Below are positions 28,360 through 38,358 of a stretch of 64,000 nt of DNA, piece by piece (position 1 is the stretch's first letter; every line of letters starts with the position of its first letter). Under the pieces are notes generated by a model. It was not told the DNA's origin. It did no database searches and was given only the letters and a program-made list of their open reading frames with translations. The stretch is from positions 25,573-89,572 of the IMG/VR virus record IMGVR_UViG_3300031787_000044. One strand, written 5' to 3'. Origin of the DNA: a virus. Both the position numbers and the translations under genes were made by a program.

Positions 28360-29902
28360 TAACTTTCCTACTGTATACTACCTTTCTCTAAAGGATTCAA
28401 CAGGTAGACAGCGCGACATTGAGTCTCAGCTCTGTGCGCGCGGCGTAAACTTTCGTATGATAGAAGGATACGACGGCAGAAGAGTTGATATTCGCGATCA
28501 GCTAAACATATCTGGGCCGCACATAGGATCGAACCAAATTACGTCTGAAGTTCTTTCCGTTGCAGTATCTCACATAAATATGATACGCCAATGGTATAAA
28601 GACACAGACGAAGAGATTGGATTCTTTTGTGAGGACGATATCAATTTTTCTCTCGTTGATTATTGGAATTTTAACTTTCAAGATTTTATCTCAGAACTAC
28701 CATCGGATTGGAAAGTAATTCAGCTATCTCTCATAAAAGAAACTCCTGTGAATTGGAGTGACATGAGAATGCGAAGAAAGAGATGGAACGATTGGTCGTG
28801 CTGTGCTTATATCGTTAATAGAAAGTATGCAAAGCAGATAGTAGAAGATTACTATGATGAAGAAAAGAATGAATTCACACTAGACATTAAGGGTACCGTT
28901 CATCACCCATTACCAGAAAACGTTGTGTATCCCTCAAATTATAAACAGTGTTATGTGTTTCCTTTCTTTACAGAAAACAGAGACCACGTTTCAACTCTTA
29001 TGAGAGAAACGAATAAAGAAACGATAGATAACATTCAGAATCAAAGCAGTAATTTCATAACAAATTGGTGGAAAGAAAATGGCCACAAAGTTAACATAAA
29101 GGAGTTAGTAAGTATGATAGATAAAATACCAGTGATTGGAGCTCCAGTAGTAAATAGCACGTACTGGATATCCAGACTTATTATGAGTGTTGATTATCCA
29201 GTCGAGAACTTCGTCATTATTAATAACAACGGGCGCGGAGAGTTGGACGAAGAACTGGACCGTCTTGCGAAAATGAATCACAAGTTCATTGATAACATCA
29301 AGGTAGTTCATATGCCAGCAAACATTGGTTGCGCCGGTGCATGGAACCTTATCATTAAGTGTTACATGTTAGCACCGTACTGGATTATCGCGAACGACGA
29401 TGTTGCATTTGGTCCTGGCCTCTTAAAAGAGATGGCAGATAATATAAACTCAGATCCAATGCTTGGTATGATTCATCCAAACGCTGGTGACTTTGGAATC
29501 GGCGCGTGGGACTTATTCCTCATTCGCGAAAACGTAGTAAAGATCTTTGGTCTGTTTGACGAAAACACGTATCCAGCATACTGCGAAGATGCAGACTATA
29601 TCATGAGAATGCATCATAGACCAATTCGCAAGATCATTGGTCTAGAGTCTAAGTATATGCATGGCCACGGTGATAGTACGATGTATTATGAAACCGGCAG
29701 TCAGACAGAGAAAAATGAAGCTGGTTTGAAAGTAAAATTGGATCATGCAAACAACCTAAATATAGAGTATCTTAGCAAAAAGTGGGGAGCTGGCTGGAGA
29801 AAAATTTCTCCGAATAAGGATCCCTTTGCAGGACAAGAAACACCAATTTCAATCACAACATATGATCTCGAATTCGTGAGACAGAAACACCTGGGGTTTT
29901 GA
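28343..29902 (+). CDS. Glycosyltransferase fusion (GT25-like + GT2-like)
   Basis: YYLSL...R...SH...CEDD (GT25 pattern); NIGCAGAWN...NDD...GLFDENTYPAYCEDAD (GT2 pattern). Confidence 0.75.
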   Translation: MVKQLNNFPTVYYLSLKDSTGRQRDIESQLCARGVNFRMIEGYDGRRVDIRDQLNISGPHIGSNQITSEVLSVAVSHINMIRQWYKDTDEEIGFFCEDDINFSLVDYWNFNFQDFISELPSDWKVIQLSLIKETPVNWSDMRMRRKRWNDWSCCAYIVNRKYAKQIVEDYYDEEKNEFTLDIKGTVHHPLPENVVYPSNYKQCYVFPFFTENRDHVSTLMRETNKETIDNIQNQSSNFITNWWKENGHKVNIKELVSMIDKIPVIGAPVVNSTYWISRLIMSVDYPVENFVIINNNGRGELDEELDRLAKMNHKFIDNIKVVHMPANIGCAGAWNLIIKCYMLAPYWIIANDDVAFGPGLLKEMADNINSDPMLGMIHPNAGDFGIGAWDLFLIRENVVKIFGLFDENTYPAYCEDADYIMRMHHRPIRKIIGLESKYMHGHGDSTMYYETGSQTEKNEAGLKVKLDHANNLNIEYLSKKWGAGWRKISPNKDPFAGQETPISITTYDLEFVRQKHLGF

Positions 29903-29903
29903 T

Positions 29904-30596
29904 ATGAAGAACTGGATTGTAAATGAAGAAGAACACGTAGAACAAACCTACGTTCAGGATAAGATTGACGAAGGAAGAATTAGAATAAATCCTTCCTTAC
30001 AAAAAAACAAGAGAGCATTCGTAATTGATAATTTCTATGAGGATCCATATGCAGTGCGAGAATTCGCATTACAGCAAGAATTCTTTGACGATCCTGGATA
30101 CATAGGAAGAAGAACGCGAACTCAGCATCTCTTTCCTGGCCTAAAAGAAACTTTCGAAAGCATAATCGGAGAAAAGATAAGCGAGTGGGAAACCTACGGA
30201 ATGAACGGAAGGTTTCAGCACAATTGGGCCGGAGAAAAATTAGTCTATCACTGCGATCAACAGAGATGGGCAGGCATGATTTATCTGTCTCCTGATGCAC
30301 CACCTGAAACTGGAACAACGATGTATCGTCACAAAGAGACTAAAATACATCACAACACTCAGATTGATTGGAATTCCGGTCAAGGTATGAAGGTATTCAA
30401 TCAAAAGACATTCCTTGATAGAACTCCATACGAACCGGTTGATGTGTTTGGAAATATATTCAATAGACTCGTGATTTTTGACGGCGGCTGTATTCACGCA
30501 GCATCTGAATACTTTGGTAGCGACATTAACGATTGCAGACTGTGGCAAATGTTCTTCTTTGACGGAGAAAAATCAAACATTCATCTTGGGAGTTAA
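29904..30596 (+). CDS. 2OG-Fe(II) oxygenase-like protein
   Basis: VIDNFYEDP..VR; YHCD...WAGMIYL...GT...FNRLVIFD...H...RLWQMFF. Confidence 0.7.
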   Translation: MKNWIVNEEEHVEQTYVQDKIDEGRIRINPSLQKNKRAFVIDNFYEDPYAVREFALQQEFFDDPGYIGRRTRTQHLFPGLKETFESIIGEKISEWETYGMNGRFQHNWAGEKLVYHCDQQRWAGMIYLSPDAPPETGTTMYRHKETKIHHNTQIDWNSGQGMKVFNQKTFLDRTPYEPVDVFGNIFNRLVIFDGGCIHAASEYFGSDINDCRLWQMFFFDGEKSNIHLGS

Positions 30597-30597
30597 A

Positions 30598-31356
30598 ATG
30601 AAAATAGTTTTGGTTACTGGTGGTTTTGATCCAATTCATTCTGGTCATATCGCATACTTTAAGGAAGCAAAGAAACTTGGAGATATGTTAGTCGTTGGAG
30701 TAAACAGCAACGAGTGGCTTACTCGTAAAAAAGGACAACCCTTTATGGATGTCAACGAGAGAGTAGAGATAGTGAAGAACTTATCCATGGTGGACTCAGT
30801 GATCGTGTTTGATGATAGTGATGGAGGGGCATCTCAGGCGATCTATCACTGCCTTAACGCGTATCCAGACTCGGAAGTTATTTTCGCGAATGGTGGCGAT
30901 AGAACAAACGATAATATCCCTGAGATGTCAATCCAAAACGAAAGACTATCCTTTGTGTTCGGCGTTGGTGGTACTCATAAGATGAACTCAAGCAGTAAGA
31001 TTCTTACAGAGTGGAAGACACCAAAGACTGAGAGAAAATGGGGATACTATCGTATCCTCCATTCCGATGGACCTTCTACCAAAGTAAAGGAACTCGTAGT
31101 CGAACCAGGAAAGTCTCTTAGTCTACAAAGACACGAACTTCGTAGTGAGTACTGGATCGTAAGCTATGGTGTAGCAACTGTCAATCATGGAGACAGTATA
31201 GAAAACATTCAAACTTCAGTACTTGAAAAACACGAGGAGATTGATATTCCAGTCGGTACTTGGCATCAACTTGTAAATTACACGAGTGATGAGCTACGTA
31301 TCGTAGAAGTACAATACGGTAAGAACTGCATTGAAGAGGATATTGAAAGAATCTAG
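30598..31356 (+). CDS. Cytidylyltransferase-like domain fused to a mannose-6-phosphate isomerase-type cupin
   Basis: VTGGFDPIHSGH, FANGGDR; ERKWGYY...SLSLQRH..RSEYW...EVQYG..CIEEDIER. Confidence 0.8.
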   Translation: MKIVLVTGGFDPIHSGHIAYFKEAKKLGDMLVVGVNSNEWLTRKKGQPFMDVNERVEIVKNLSMVDSVIVFDDSDGGASQAIYHCLNAYPDSEVIFANGGDRTNDNIPEMSIQNERLSFVFGVGGTHKMNSSSKILTEWKTPKTERKWGYYRILHSDGPSTKVKELVVEPGKSLSLQRHELRSEYWIVSYGVATVNHGDSIENIQTSVLEKHEEIDIPVGTWHQLVNYTSDELRIVEVQYGKNCIEEDIERI

Positions 31357-31385
31357 ATTCCACCACTGCAAGAATATTAATTCTT

Positions 31386-31413
31386 ATTATATCAGCGCTA
31401 CAAGAAATGTCAA
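31386..31413 (-). promoter_or_regulatory. Sigma70-like promoter pointing antisense into the sugar operon
   Basis: TTGACA-N16-TATAAT on the minus strand. Confidence 0.5.
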
Positions 31414-31438
31414 CAAAAAAATGATAGTTGCATGTTTT

Positions 31439-31446
31439 TATAAATA
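31439..31446 (+). promoter_or_regulatory. Late promoter for gp13
   Basis: TATAAATA. Confidence 0.75.
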
Positions 31447-31470
31447 GAAATAAAAATAAAGGGTTTTCTT

Positions 31471-32214
31471 ATGGCGTTACCAACTACAAGAGAAGAGTTC
31501 AAAGATTATGTTCTTCGCAAGATAGGAGCCCCGGTTATCCAGATCAACGTCTCGGAAGAACAAGTGGATGACCGTATCGATGAAGCTATATCTTTTTGGC
31601 GAGACTATCACTATGATGGGAGCCAGATGGTATATCTCAAGCACGCTCTAACTCAAGAAGAGATTGATGATGGGTACATAGAAGTACCAGACAGCCTTCT
31701 AGGTATCACTCGTATTTTTGATCTGAGTTCATCTATCTCTACCGGAACTGGTTTCTTTAACGTCCAGTATCAGTTCGTTCTCAACAACCTAGAGGACATT
31801 ACTGGTTATAACATTCAACACTATTACATGGCACTGTCACATCTTCAGTTTCTACAAGAGATCCTTGTAGGTCGACCTCTTATAAGATACAATCGTCATA
31901 TAAACCGTCTCTATCTTGATGTTACGAAATCAATTCTAAATCCTGGATCATACATTATCATCGAGGGATACGATATCATAGATGGTGAAACATACTCGGA
32001 CGTGTGGCAGGATCGTTTTCTTCAGAACTATGCATCCGCTCTCATTCGTGAGCAGTGGGGTATGAATCTTACGAAGTTTACAAATATGCAACTCGTTGGC
32101 GGGGTTCAATTCAATGGAGAACAGATCCTCTCTGAAGCTAAGAACGATCGTAAAGAGATGGAAGACACCGCAAAGACGTCTCTTCAACCGCTCGTATATA
32201 ACTGGATTGGATAA
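31471..32214 (+). CDS. gp13: Neck protein gp13
   Basis: P.TREEFKDY.LRKIGAPVIQINV...QWG.NL.KF..MQL.GGV; synteny. Confidence 0.92.
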   Translation: MALPTTREEFKDYVLRKIGAPVIQINVSEEQVDDRIDEAISFWRDYHYDGSQMVYLKHALTQEEIDDGYIEVPDSLLGITRIFDLSSSISTGTGFFNVQYQFVLNNLEDITGYNIQHYYMALSHLQFLQEILVGRPLIRYNRHINRLYLDVTKSILNPGSYIIIEGYDIIDGETYSDVWQDRFLQNYASALIREQWGMNLTKFTNMQLVGGVQFNGEQILSEAKNDRKEMEDTAKTSLQPLVYNWIG

Positions 32215-32883
32215 ATGTTTATAGAAAACAAATATACTAGATGGTATTATTCTATAATCAATAATAGGATGAATAACCCGCACGATAAAGGGTCTTACAC
32301 TGAAAGGCATCACATAATACCAAAATCGTTTGGCGGTCCTAATAAAAATGAAAACTTAGTAAGACTCAGCGCAAGAGAACATTTCTTAGTGCACTGGTTA
32401 TTAACAAAAATGTGCAAATCTTTAGATCATAAAATAAAAATGAATCACGCTCTGCTAAGATTAATGAGCGCTTCAGAGTCGTTAGAATTGTACAAATGGT
32501 CTAAATGGCAATATGAAATCGCAAAAAACAAAAAAACAGTAGCACTTAAAGAAGCAAGAATGAATGGTAAAGATCCGAGATTGGGCAAAAAACATTCTTT
32601 AGAAGCAAAAGAAAAAATGAGAAAGGCAAAACTTGGAGTTAAAAGGGATCCTTCCAAAATAAGCTATCTAAAAGAAAGAAGACACACAGAAGAAACAAAA
32701 CAAAAAATAAGTGCATCTTTATATGGAAGATTTTTTTCTGAAGAATCTAGAAAAAAATCTAGTGAAACACAAAAGGGAAAATCGCAAAATAAAACTGTAT
32801 TAGTTTGTGATAAGTGTGGCCATGAAAATTATGCAACACAAATAAAAAGATATCACAATGATAATTGCAGATTGGCAGGATGA
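32215..32883 (+). mobile_element. Free-standing HNH homing endonuclease with NUMOD3-like repeats
   Basis: YTERHHIIPKSFGG...NLVRLSAREHFLVH; KKHSLEAKEKM and RHTEETKQKIS; AT-rich relative to its neighbours. Confidence 0.85.
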
Positions 32884-32886
32884 TTG

Positions 32887-33561
32887 ATGGCGACAAATGT
32901 CTTCTTTAACAACTATGACTATATAAACGAACAGCGACTGATTGACGATCTCGTCATTGAGTCCATTCAGATGTATGGTCTAGACACCTTTTATCTCACG
33001 CGTAGTTTACAAGCGGTGGATAACATACTCAACGAGGATGATCTTTCGATCTTTAATACAGCGTATGAGATGGAAGTATATGTTAAGAGCGTGGATGGAT
33101 TTCAAGGAGAGGGCGACTTTCTTAGCAGATTCGGTCTTCAGATTCGTGATCAAGCTGTCTTTACAGTGGCTATTCGAACCTTTGAGAGAAACGTTACAAA
33201 TATAAATCCAAGTATCTTAAGACCAAAAGAAGGCGATCTTATTTACTTTCCTTTAAACAACAAGTTCTTTAAGATAATGCACGTTGAACACGAGAGTGTT
33301 TTCTATCAAAGTGGTGCATTACAAGTATTCGATCTTAAGACAGAACTATTTGAATACTCGAATGAAAGATTCAATACAGGAGTAATTGATATTGATACTT
33401 TCTTTGACTCATATAAAACTTCTAACGTAACATCTCTTACAACTCTTAAGGCTAGGGATCCTATTGCTAAGAACATAGACTTTGAAGATGAAAAGACCGA
33501 CATTATAGACTTCACAGAGATAGATCCGTTTAGCGAGACTATCACGAACCCAACGGATTAA
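32887..33561 (+). CDS. gp14: Neck protein gp14
   Basis: EQRLIDDLV.ESIQMYG; GF.GEGDFLSRFGLQIRD; RPKEGDLIYFP. Confidence 0.92.
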   Translation: MATNVFFNNYDYINEQRLIDDLVIESIQMYGLDTFYLTRSLQAVDNILNEDDLSIFNTAYEMEVYVKSVDGFQGEGDFLSRFGLQIRDQAVFTVAIRTFERNVTNINPSILRPKEGDLIYFPLNNKFFKIMHVEHESVFYQSGALQVFDLKTELFEYSNERFNTGVIDIDTFFDSYKTSNVTSLTTLKARDPIAKNIDFEDEKTDIIDFTEIDPFSETITNPTD

Positions 33562-33563
33562 TC

Positions 33564-34382
33564 ATGGCATTTGTAAATCATTTTTATAACGCTAGCACTA
33601 GAAAATATGTTGCTCTCTTTGGCATGCTGTTTAATAAGATAAGAATTACACGCAACGCTAACAATGGAACTCAAGTTCAAAGTATCATTGTTCCAATAGC
33701 ATACGGACCGTTTCAGAAATTCTTAGCTAGAATTACACAAGACCCAAACTTAAGTAATCCGTCAGCAATCACTCTTCCAAGAATGTCTTTTGAAATGACA
33801 AACATGGTATACGATGGCACCAGAAAATTTTTGTCAAAACAAAAGGTTGTTAAGAATACAGATGAATCTAACGATCAAAGATTTTATGCTTGGTCTGCGG
33901 CACCGTATAATATAGACTTTTCTCTTTACATCATGACAAAATATTCAGAAGATGCTACAAAAATTGTAGAACAAATTATTCCGTTCTTTAAACCAGAATG
34001 GACGTCTACTGTTAAGTTAATAGACGGCATAGAACCAATAGACATACCGCTGATCCTAAATGGAATTACGAATGAAGAGTTATACGAAGGCGCTTTTGAA
34101 GAAAGAAGATCTGTCCTATGGACTCTTAATTTTACAATGAAAGTATGGTACTTTGGGCCAGAGCAAGCAAAACCAGTGATTAAGCTTATTGACACCGACC
34201 TATGGACCAGTTCAGATACTTCAAAGGATCCTGAAGTAGGTGTAAATGTATATCCAGGACTAAGCGCAAATGGTACGCCTGAAACTGACCCAGATCTAAC
34301 TATCCCATACTCGGATATTGAATATAACGATGATTGGGGAGTTGTAAAGGTAGTCACTGAAGATCCAGAGGCAGAAGTATGA
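33564..34382 (+). CDS. gp15: Tail sheath stabilizer/terminator gp15
   Basis: HFYN...FG.LFN...VPIAYGP..KF; LPRMSFE; EQIIPFF.P. Confidence 0.92.
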   Translation: MAFVNHFYNASTRKYVALFGMLFNKIRITRNANNGTQVQSIIVPIAYGPFQKFLARITQDPNLSNPSAITLPRMSFEMTNMVYDGTRKFLSKQKVVKNTDESNDQRFYAWSAAPYNIDFSLYIMTKYSEDATKIVEQIIPFFKPEWTSTVKLIDGIEPIDIPLILNGITNEELYEGAFEERRSVLWTLNFTMKVWYFGPEQAKPVIKLIDTDLWTSSDTSKDPEVGVNVYPGLSANGTPETDPDLTIPYSDIEYNDDWGVVKVVTEDPEAEV

Positions 34383-34810
34383 ATGATGATAAATTATCAG
34401 AAGCTCTTGGCCTAAGGACATTGCTCGAAGCTAAAAAAGACGAACTCCCTGTGGTTGTCGAAGAAATAGAAGTTCTTCCTGTGCAAGTGACTGCTGAAGA
34501 AGATGATACTATACGCGACATAGAACAGGCTCGTGGAAACATTAAAAACATTATTGAACAAGGTGATGACGCTCTTAAAGAAATGATCTCTCTTGCAAAA
34601 CAATCTGAGTCACCTCGAGCATTTGAGGTTGCTTCTACACTAATGAAGACTCTTCTTGACGCAAATAAAGATTTTGTTGAGATGTCGACTAAAAAGAAGT
34701 ACGCGAAAGAAGAACTTATGGGTCCTAAAGAAGCGGCACAGACTAACATAACTAATAATAATCTAATACTTTCCACGGCAGATCTTCTTAAAATGATAAA
34801 GGGTGAATGA
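34379..34810 (+). CDS. gp16: Terminase small subunit gp16
   Basis: A...ESPRAFEV; NNNL..STADL; immediately precedes gp17. Confidence 0.9.
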   Translation: MNDDKLSEALGLRTLLEAKKDELPVVVEEIEVLPVQVTAEEDDTIRDIEQARGNIKNIIEQGDDALKEMISLAKQSESPRAFEVASTLMKTLLDANKDFVEMSTKKKYAKEELMGPKEAAQTNITNNNLILSTADLLKMIKGE

Positions 34811-36408
34811 TGGGCGATGGGTATCTTGGTAATATTCATTTAAAGAAAACTGGAGAACCTATAGAGTGGAGTCCAGAACTCATTCGTGAGTATCTCAAGT
34901 GTGCAGAAGATCCTGTCTATTTTGCAAAGAAGTATATTAAGATCGTTCACGTCGATCATGGTCTTATACCTCTAGATATGTACGAGTATCAGAAAGAGAT
35001 CGTTGAAAAGATAACGAACAACCGTCGACTCGCTGTTCTGACCGCTCGCCAGTCCGGTAAGACTACGACTGCGGTTGCCGTGATCCTCCACTATATTCTC
35101 TTTAACGAGTTTAAGACTGTTGCGATCCTTGCAAATAAAGGTGATGCCGCAAGAGAAGTTCTTGCTCGTATAAAGCTAGCATACGAAGCTCTACCTAAGT
35201 GGCTTCAGCAGGGTATTGAGGAATGGAACAAAGGTAACATTGCATTGGAAAATGGATGCAACGTTCTTGCTGGTACAACATCTTCTTCCGCTATTCGTGG
35301 TAAGTCTGTGAACTTCCTCTATCTAGACGAAGTTGCGTTCATCGAGGGATACGACGAGTTCTTCGCGTCGGTATATCCTACCATCTCGTCGGGCGAGTCT
35401 ACAAAGCTTCTCATGACCTCTACACCAAACGGATTGAACCACTTTTGGAAGACGTGTAAGGGAGCCGAAGAACAAACTAACGGTTACGAATTTGTTAAGG
35501 TTATGTGGTATGACGTTCCTGGAAGAGATGAAAAGTGGAGACAAGAAACTATCGAGTCGTTGGATCACGATGAAGAGAAGTTCAACCAGGAATATTGCTG
35601 TCAGTTCCTTGGTTCTTCAGGTACTCTCATATCCGGCGCAAAACTAAAGGATCTTGCTTACTCAATACCACTATATGCAAACGAAGGTCTATATCAATAC
35701 GAAAAGCCGATTGAAAACCACATATACATAATGACGGTCGACGTATCGCGTGGTAAGGGTCTTGACTACTCTACGTTTAATATGATAGACGTTACATCCA
35801 TGCCTTATAAACAGGTGTGTACCTTTAGAGATAACTATATATCTCCGGTTGACTTCGCTGCCGTCATATATAGAGTTGGAACTGCATATAACGGTGCGCT
35901 GTGTCTTACTGAAATTAATGACATCGGCGCTCAAGTATCTGACACGCTCGTCATGGATTTTGGTTATGAAAATATGCTATACACAGAGAATAATGGCCGT
36001 GAAGGAAAGAGAATTTCTAACGGCTTTGGAAAAGTAACCGACACCGGAATTAGAACTACAAAATCTGTAAAATCGGTTGGGTGTTCTATGCTTAAACTTT
36101 TAATTGAGCAGGATCAGTTACTCATTAGCGATTTCGAGACAATACAAGAGTTGTCGCGTTTCTCTAAGAAACGCAACTCATACGAAGCAGAACCTGGGGC
36201 TCACGACGACTTGGTTATGAACCTTGTTCTTTTTGCATGGTTAACGAGTCAGGGATACTTTAAAGAAGTCACAGATATAAATACACTGAGTAAGCTGAGA
36301 GATAAGACAGAAGAACAACTCAACGACGATCTTCTTCCGTTCGGCTTTATTGACATCGGTGATGAACTGCAAACTTCTCAGTGGAACCCAGTGAAGAGTT
36401 GGATGTAA
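34807..36408 (+). CDS. gp17: Terminase large subunit gp17
   Basis: RQSGKTT Walker A, LYLDEVAF Walker B, TSTPNG, HDDLVM. Confidence 0.95.
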   Translation: MMGDGYLGNIHLKKTGEPIEWSPELIREYLKCAEDPVYFAKKYIKIVHVDHGLIPLDMYEYQKEIVEKITNNRRLAVLTARQSGKTTTAVAVILHYILFNEFKTVAILANKGDAAREVLARIKLAYEALPKWLQQGIEEWNKGNIALENGCNVLAGTTSSSAIRGKSVNFLYLDEVAFIEGYDEFFASVYPTISSGESTKLLMTSTPNGLNHFWKTCKGAEEQTNGYEFVKVMWYDVPGRDEKWRQETIESLDHDEEKFNQEYCCQFLGSSGTLISGAKLKDLAYSIPLYANEGLYQYEKPIENHIYIMTVDVSRGKGLDYSTFNMIDVTSMPYKQVCTFRDNYISPVDFAAVIYRVGTAYNGALCLTEINDIGAQVSDTLVMDFGYENMLYTENNGREGKRISNGFGKVTDTGIRTTKSVKSVGCSMLKLLIEQDQLLISDFETIQELSRFSKKRNSYEAEPGAHDDLVMNLVLFAWLTSQGYFKEVTDINTLSKLRDKTEEQLNDDLLPFGFIDIGDELQTSQWNPVKSWM

Positions 36409-36419
36409 ATCATTGTTTT

Positions 36420-36427
36420 TATAAATA
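36420..36427 (+). promoter_or_regulatory. Late promoter for gp18
   Basis: TATAAATA. Confidence 0.75.
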
Positions 36428-36473
36428 GACTAAGAACCTGATTGAAACATCTAATCACACAAAGGAGAAAAAT

Positions 36474-38333
36474 ATGGTTTTTTCTGTAAGTCCATCTGTC
36501 ATAGTTAGAGAAGTGGACGCCACCGCAGTAATTCCAGCAGTTGCGACTCCTCCTGCCGCAATCGCTGGTGTATTTCGCTGGGGTCCAACTAACGAACGCA
36601 TCTTAGTTACATCAGAAGACGAGCTTGCTGCTCGTTTTGGAAAACCTTTCGCAAACACAACGTGGCAGAACCACGAAACATTTTTTGCCGCAGCTGACTT
36701 CCTATCATATTCGAACGCGCTCTATGTGACTCGCGTATCTTCGGTGTCAGCGGCCACAGCAACTGATACTTACTTCTCCGCGAAACACGCCGGCGAAATT
36801 GGTAACAGCATTGAAGTTGCTATTACTTCATCAGCTTCTTTTTCTGACGTGCTTGCAGAAGTTGGCGACGCAACTGGTACATTTGCGTTTAATTCGAACT
36901 CATTAAATCTATCACTCAATCTTGCAATTACGACAGCTCCACAAATAAATGACATCATTCGTGTTGGTAATCCTACGATAGGTTATCAAGATCTCGTCGT
37001 GTCTAACTATGTGGACAACGCCGCGAATAGCGCTCCATTTACTTACGATATAAGTTTTGAAAACAGATATACTCTAGCTGAAACTGATATGGAAGAACTT
37101 AGCTTTGAAAGAAGATGGGGATATTCTAATCAAGTAAGCGCGGCACCTGCAAACAACACTCTTGTTCATATCGCAGTTGTTGATAGGCTAGGCGGGTTTA
37201 GCGGTACCGTAGGATCTATTCTTGAACTATACGAGAACGTATCAATTTCTCCATCCGCAAAACTTCCAGACGGAACTACAAACTACTACGTTGACATATT
37301 GGCAAACCGTTCCGCATATATCAAAGCAATTGGGACCGATGCTGCACTAGGTGATAACATCCCATCCGCTGCGCTCACAGGAACGTTTGCATCTCCAATA
37401 TATGAAGAATTCGCTGGCGGTAATGACGGCGATGGAGAAGCAGCAATTTCTCTTGGAAGAATTAGCCAAGGTTATGATCTTTACAAGGATCCTAATGAAG
37501 TTGATATCTCCGCACTTATAACAGGTAAGTCAACAAGTTCTAACCTTGCAAACTATCTAACGCAGAACATAGCAGAGTCACGTAAAGACTGTGTCGTGTA
37601 TGCATCTCCAACCTATGCCAACGTCGTAACTCCTGCCAATCCAACGGATAAGATGAATAACGCTATTACATTTAGAAATAGCTGCACATCGTCATCCTAT
37701 CTTGTGATTGATACTGGATATAAGTATCGTTACGACAAGTATAACGATACATACCGCTGGGTTCCGCTTAACGGTGACATCGCAGGTCTTTCAGCACGTA
37801 TAGAATCTTGGGAATCTCCAGCAGGATACAAACGTGGTGTTATCAAGAATGTTGTAAAGCTTGCGTTCAATCCAAATAAAGCACAGAGAGATCAGCTATA
37901 CGGAAACGACATCAATCCAGTTATTTCTCAGGTTGGCCAAGGTGTTCTTCTATTCGGTGATAAGACTGCTCTTGGAACTGCAACAGGAAGCGCATTCACT
38001 CGCATCAACGTTCGTAGACTCTTTATCACCGTTGAGAAAGCAATCGCAACTGTGGCTGCTTCGTTCCTCTTTGACTTCAACGACGAATTCACTCAGACTC
38101 AGTTTAAAAACTTGGTCGAGCCATTCCTTCGTGACATTCAAGGAAGAAGAGGTATCATAGACTTTAGAGTCGTCTCTGATGCTACAGTAAATACACCAGA
38201 CGTAATCGACCGTAACATCTTTAGAGGCAACATCTTCATTAAGCCAGCGCGTTCAATCAACGTTATCGAGCTTACATTTGTTGCAACTAGAACTGGTGTA
38301 GAATTCGATGAAATCGTTGGTCAGCCACTCTAA
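36474..38333 (+). CDS. gp18: Tail sheath protein gp18
   Basis: SPSV.VREVD; YDKYND.YRWVPLNGD; W.SPAG; RINVRRLF; FIKPARSIN. Confidence 0.95.
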   Translation: MVFSVSPSVIVREVDATAVIPAVATPPAAIAGVFRWGPTNERILVTSEDELAARFGKPFANTTWQNHETFFAAADFLSYSNALYVTRVSSVSAATATDTYFSAKHAGEIGNSIEVAITSSASFSDVLAEVGDATGTFAFNSNSLNLSLNLAITTAPQINDIIRVGNPTIGYQDLVVSNYVDNAANSAPFTYDISFENRYTLAETDMEELSFERRWGYSNQVSAAPANNTLVHIAVVDRLGGFSGTVGSILELYENVSISPSAKLPDGTTNYYVDILANRSAYIKAIGTDAALGDNIPSAALTGTFASPIYEEFAGGNDGDGEAAISLGRISQGYDLYKDPNEVDISALITGKSTSSNLANYLTQNIAESRKDCVVYASPTYANVVTPANPTDKMNNAITFRNSCTSSSYLVIDTGYKYRYDKYNDTYRWVPLNGDIAGLSARIESWESPAGYKRGVIKNVVKLAFNPNKAQRDQLYGNDINPVISQVGQGVLLFGDKTALGTATGSAFTRINVRRLFITVEKAIATVAASFLFDFNDEFTQTQFKNLVEPFLRDIQGRRGIIDFRVVSDATVNTPDVIDRNIFRGNIFIKPARSINVIELTFVATRTGVEFDEIVGQPL

Positions 38334-38358
38334 TAAATAAAGAAAAAGGAGTATAAAC

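Noticed and set aside
32215-32883. Group I intron around the HNH gene
   Set aside because: gp13 and gp14 are both complete and there is no flanking non-coding sequence to form an intron core.
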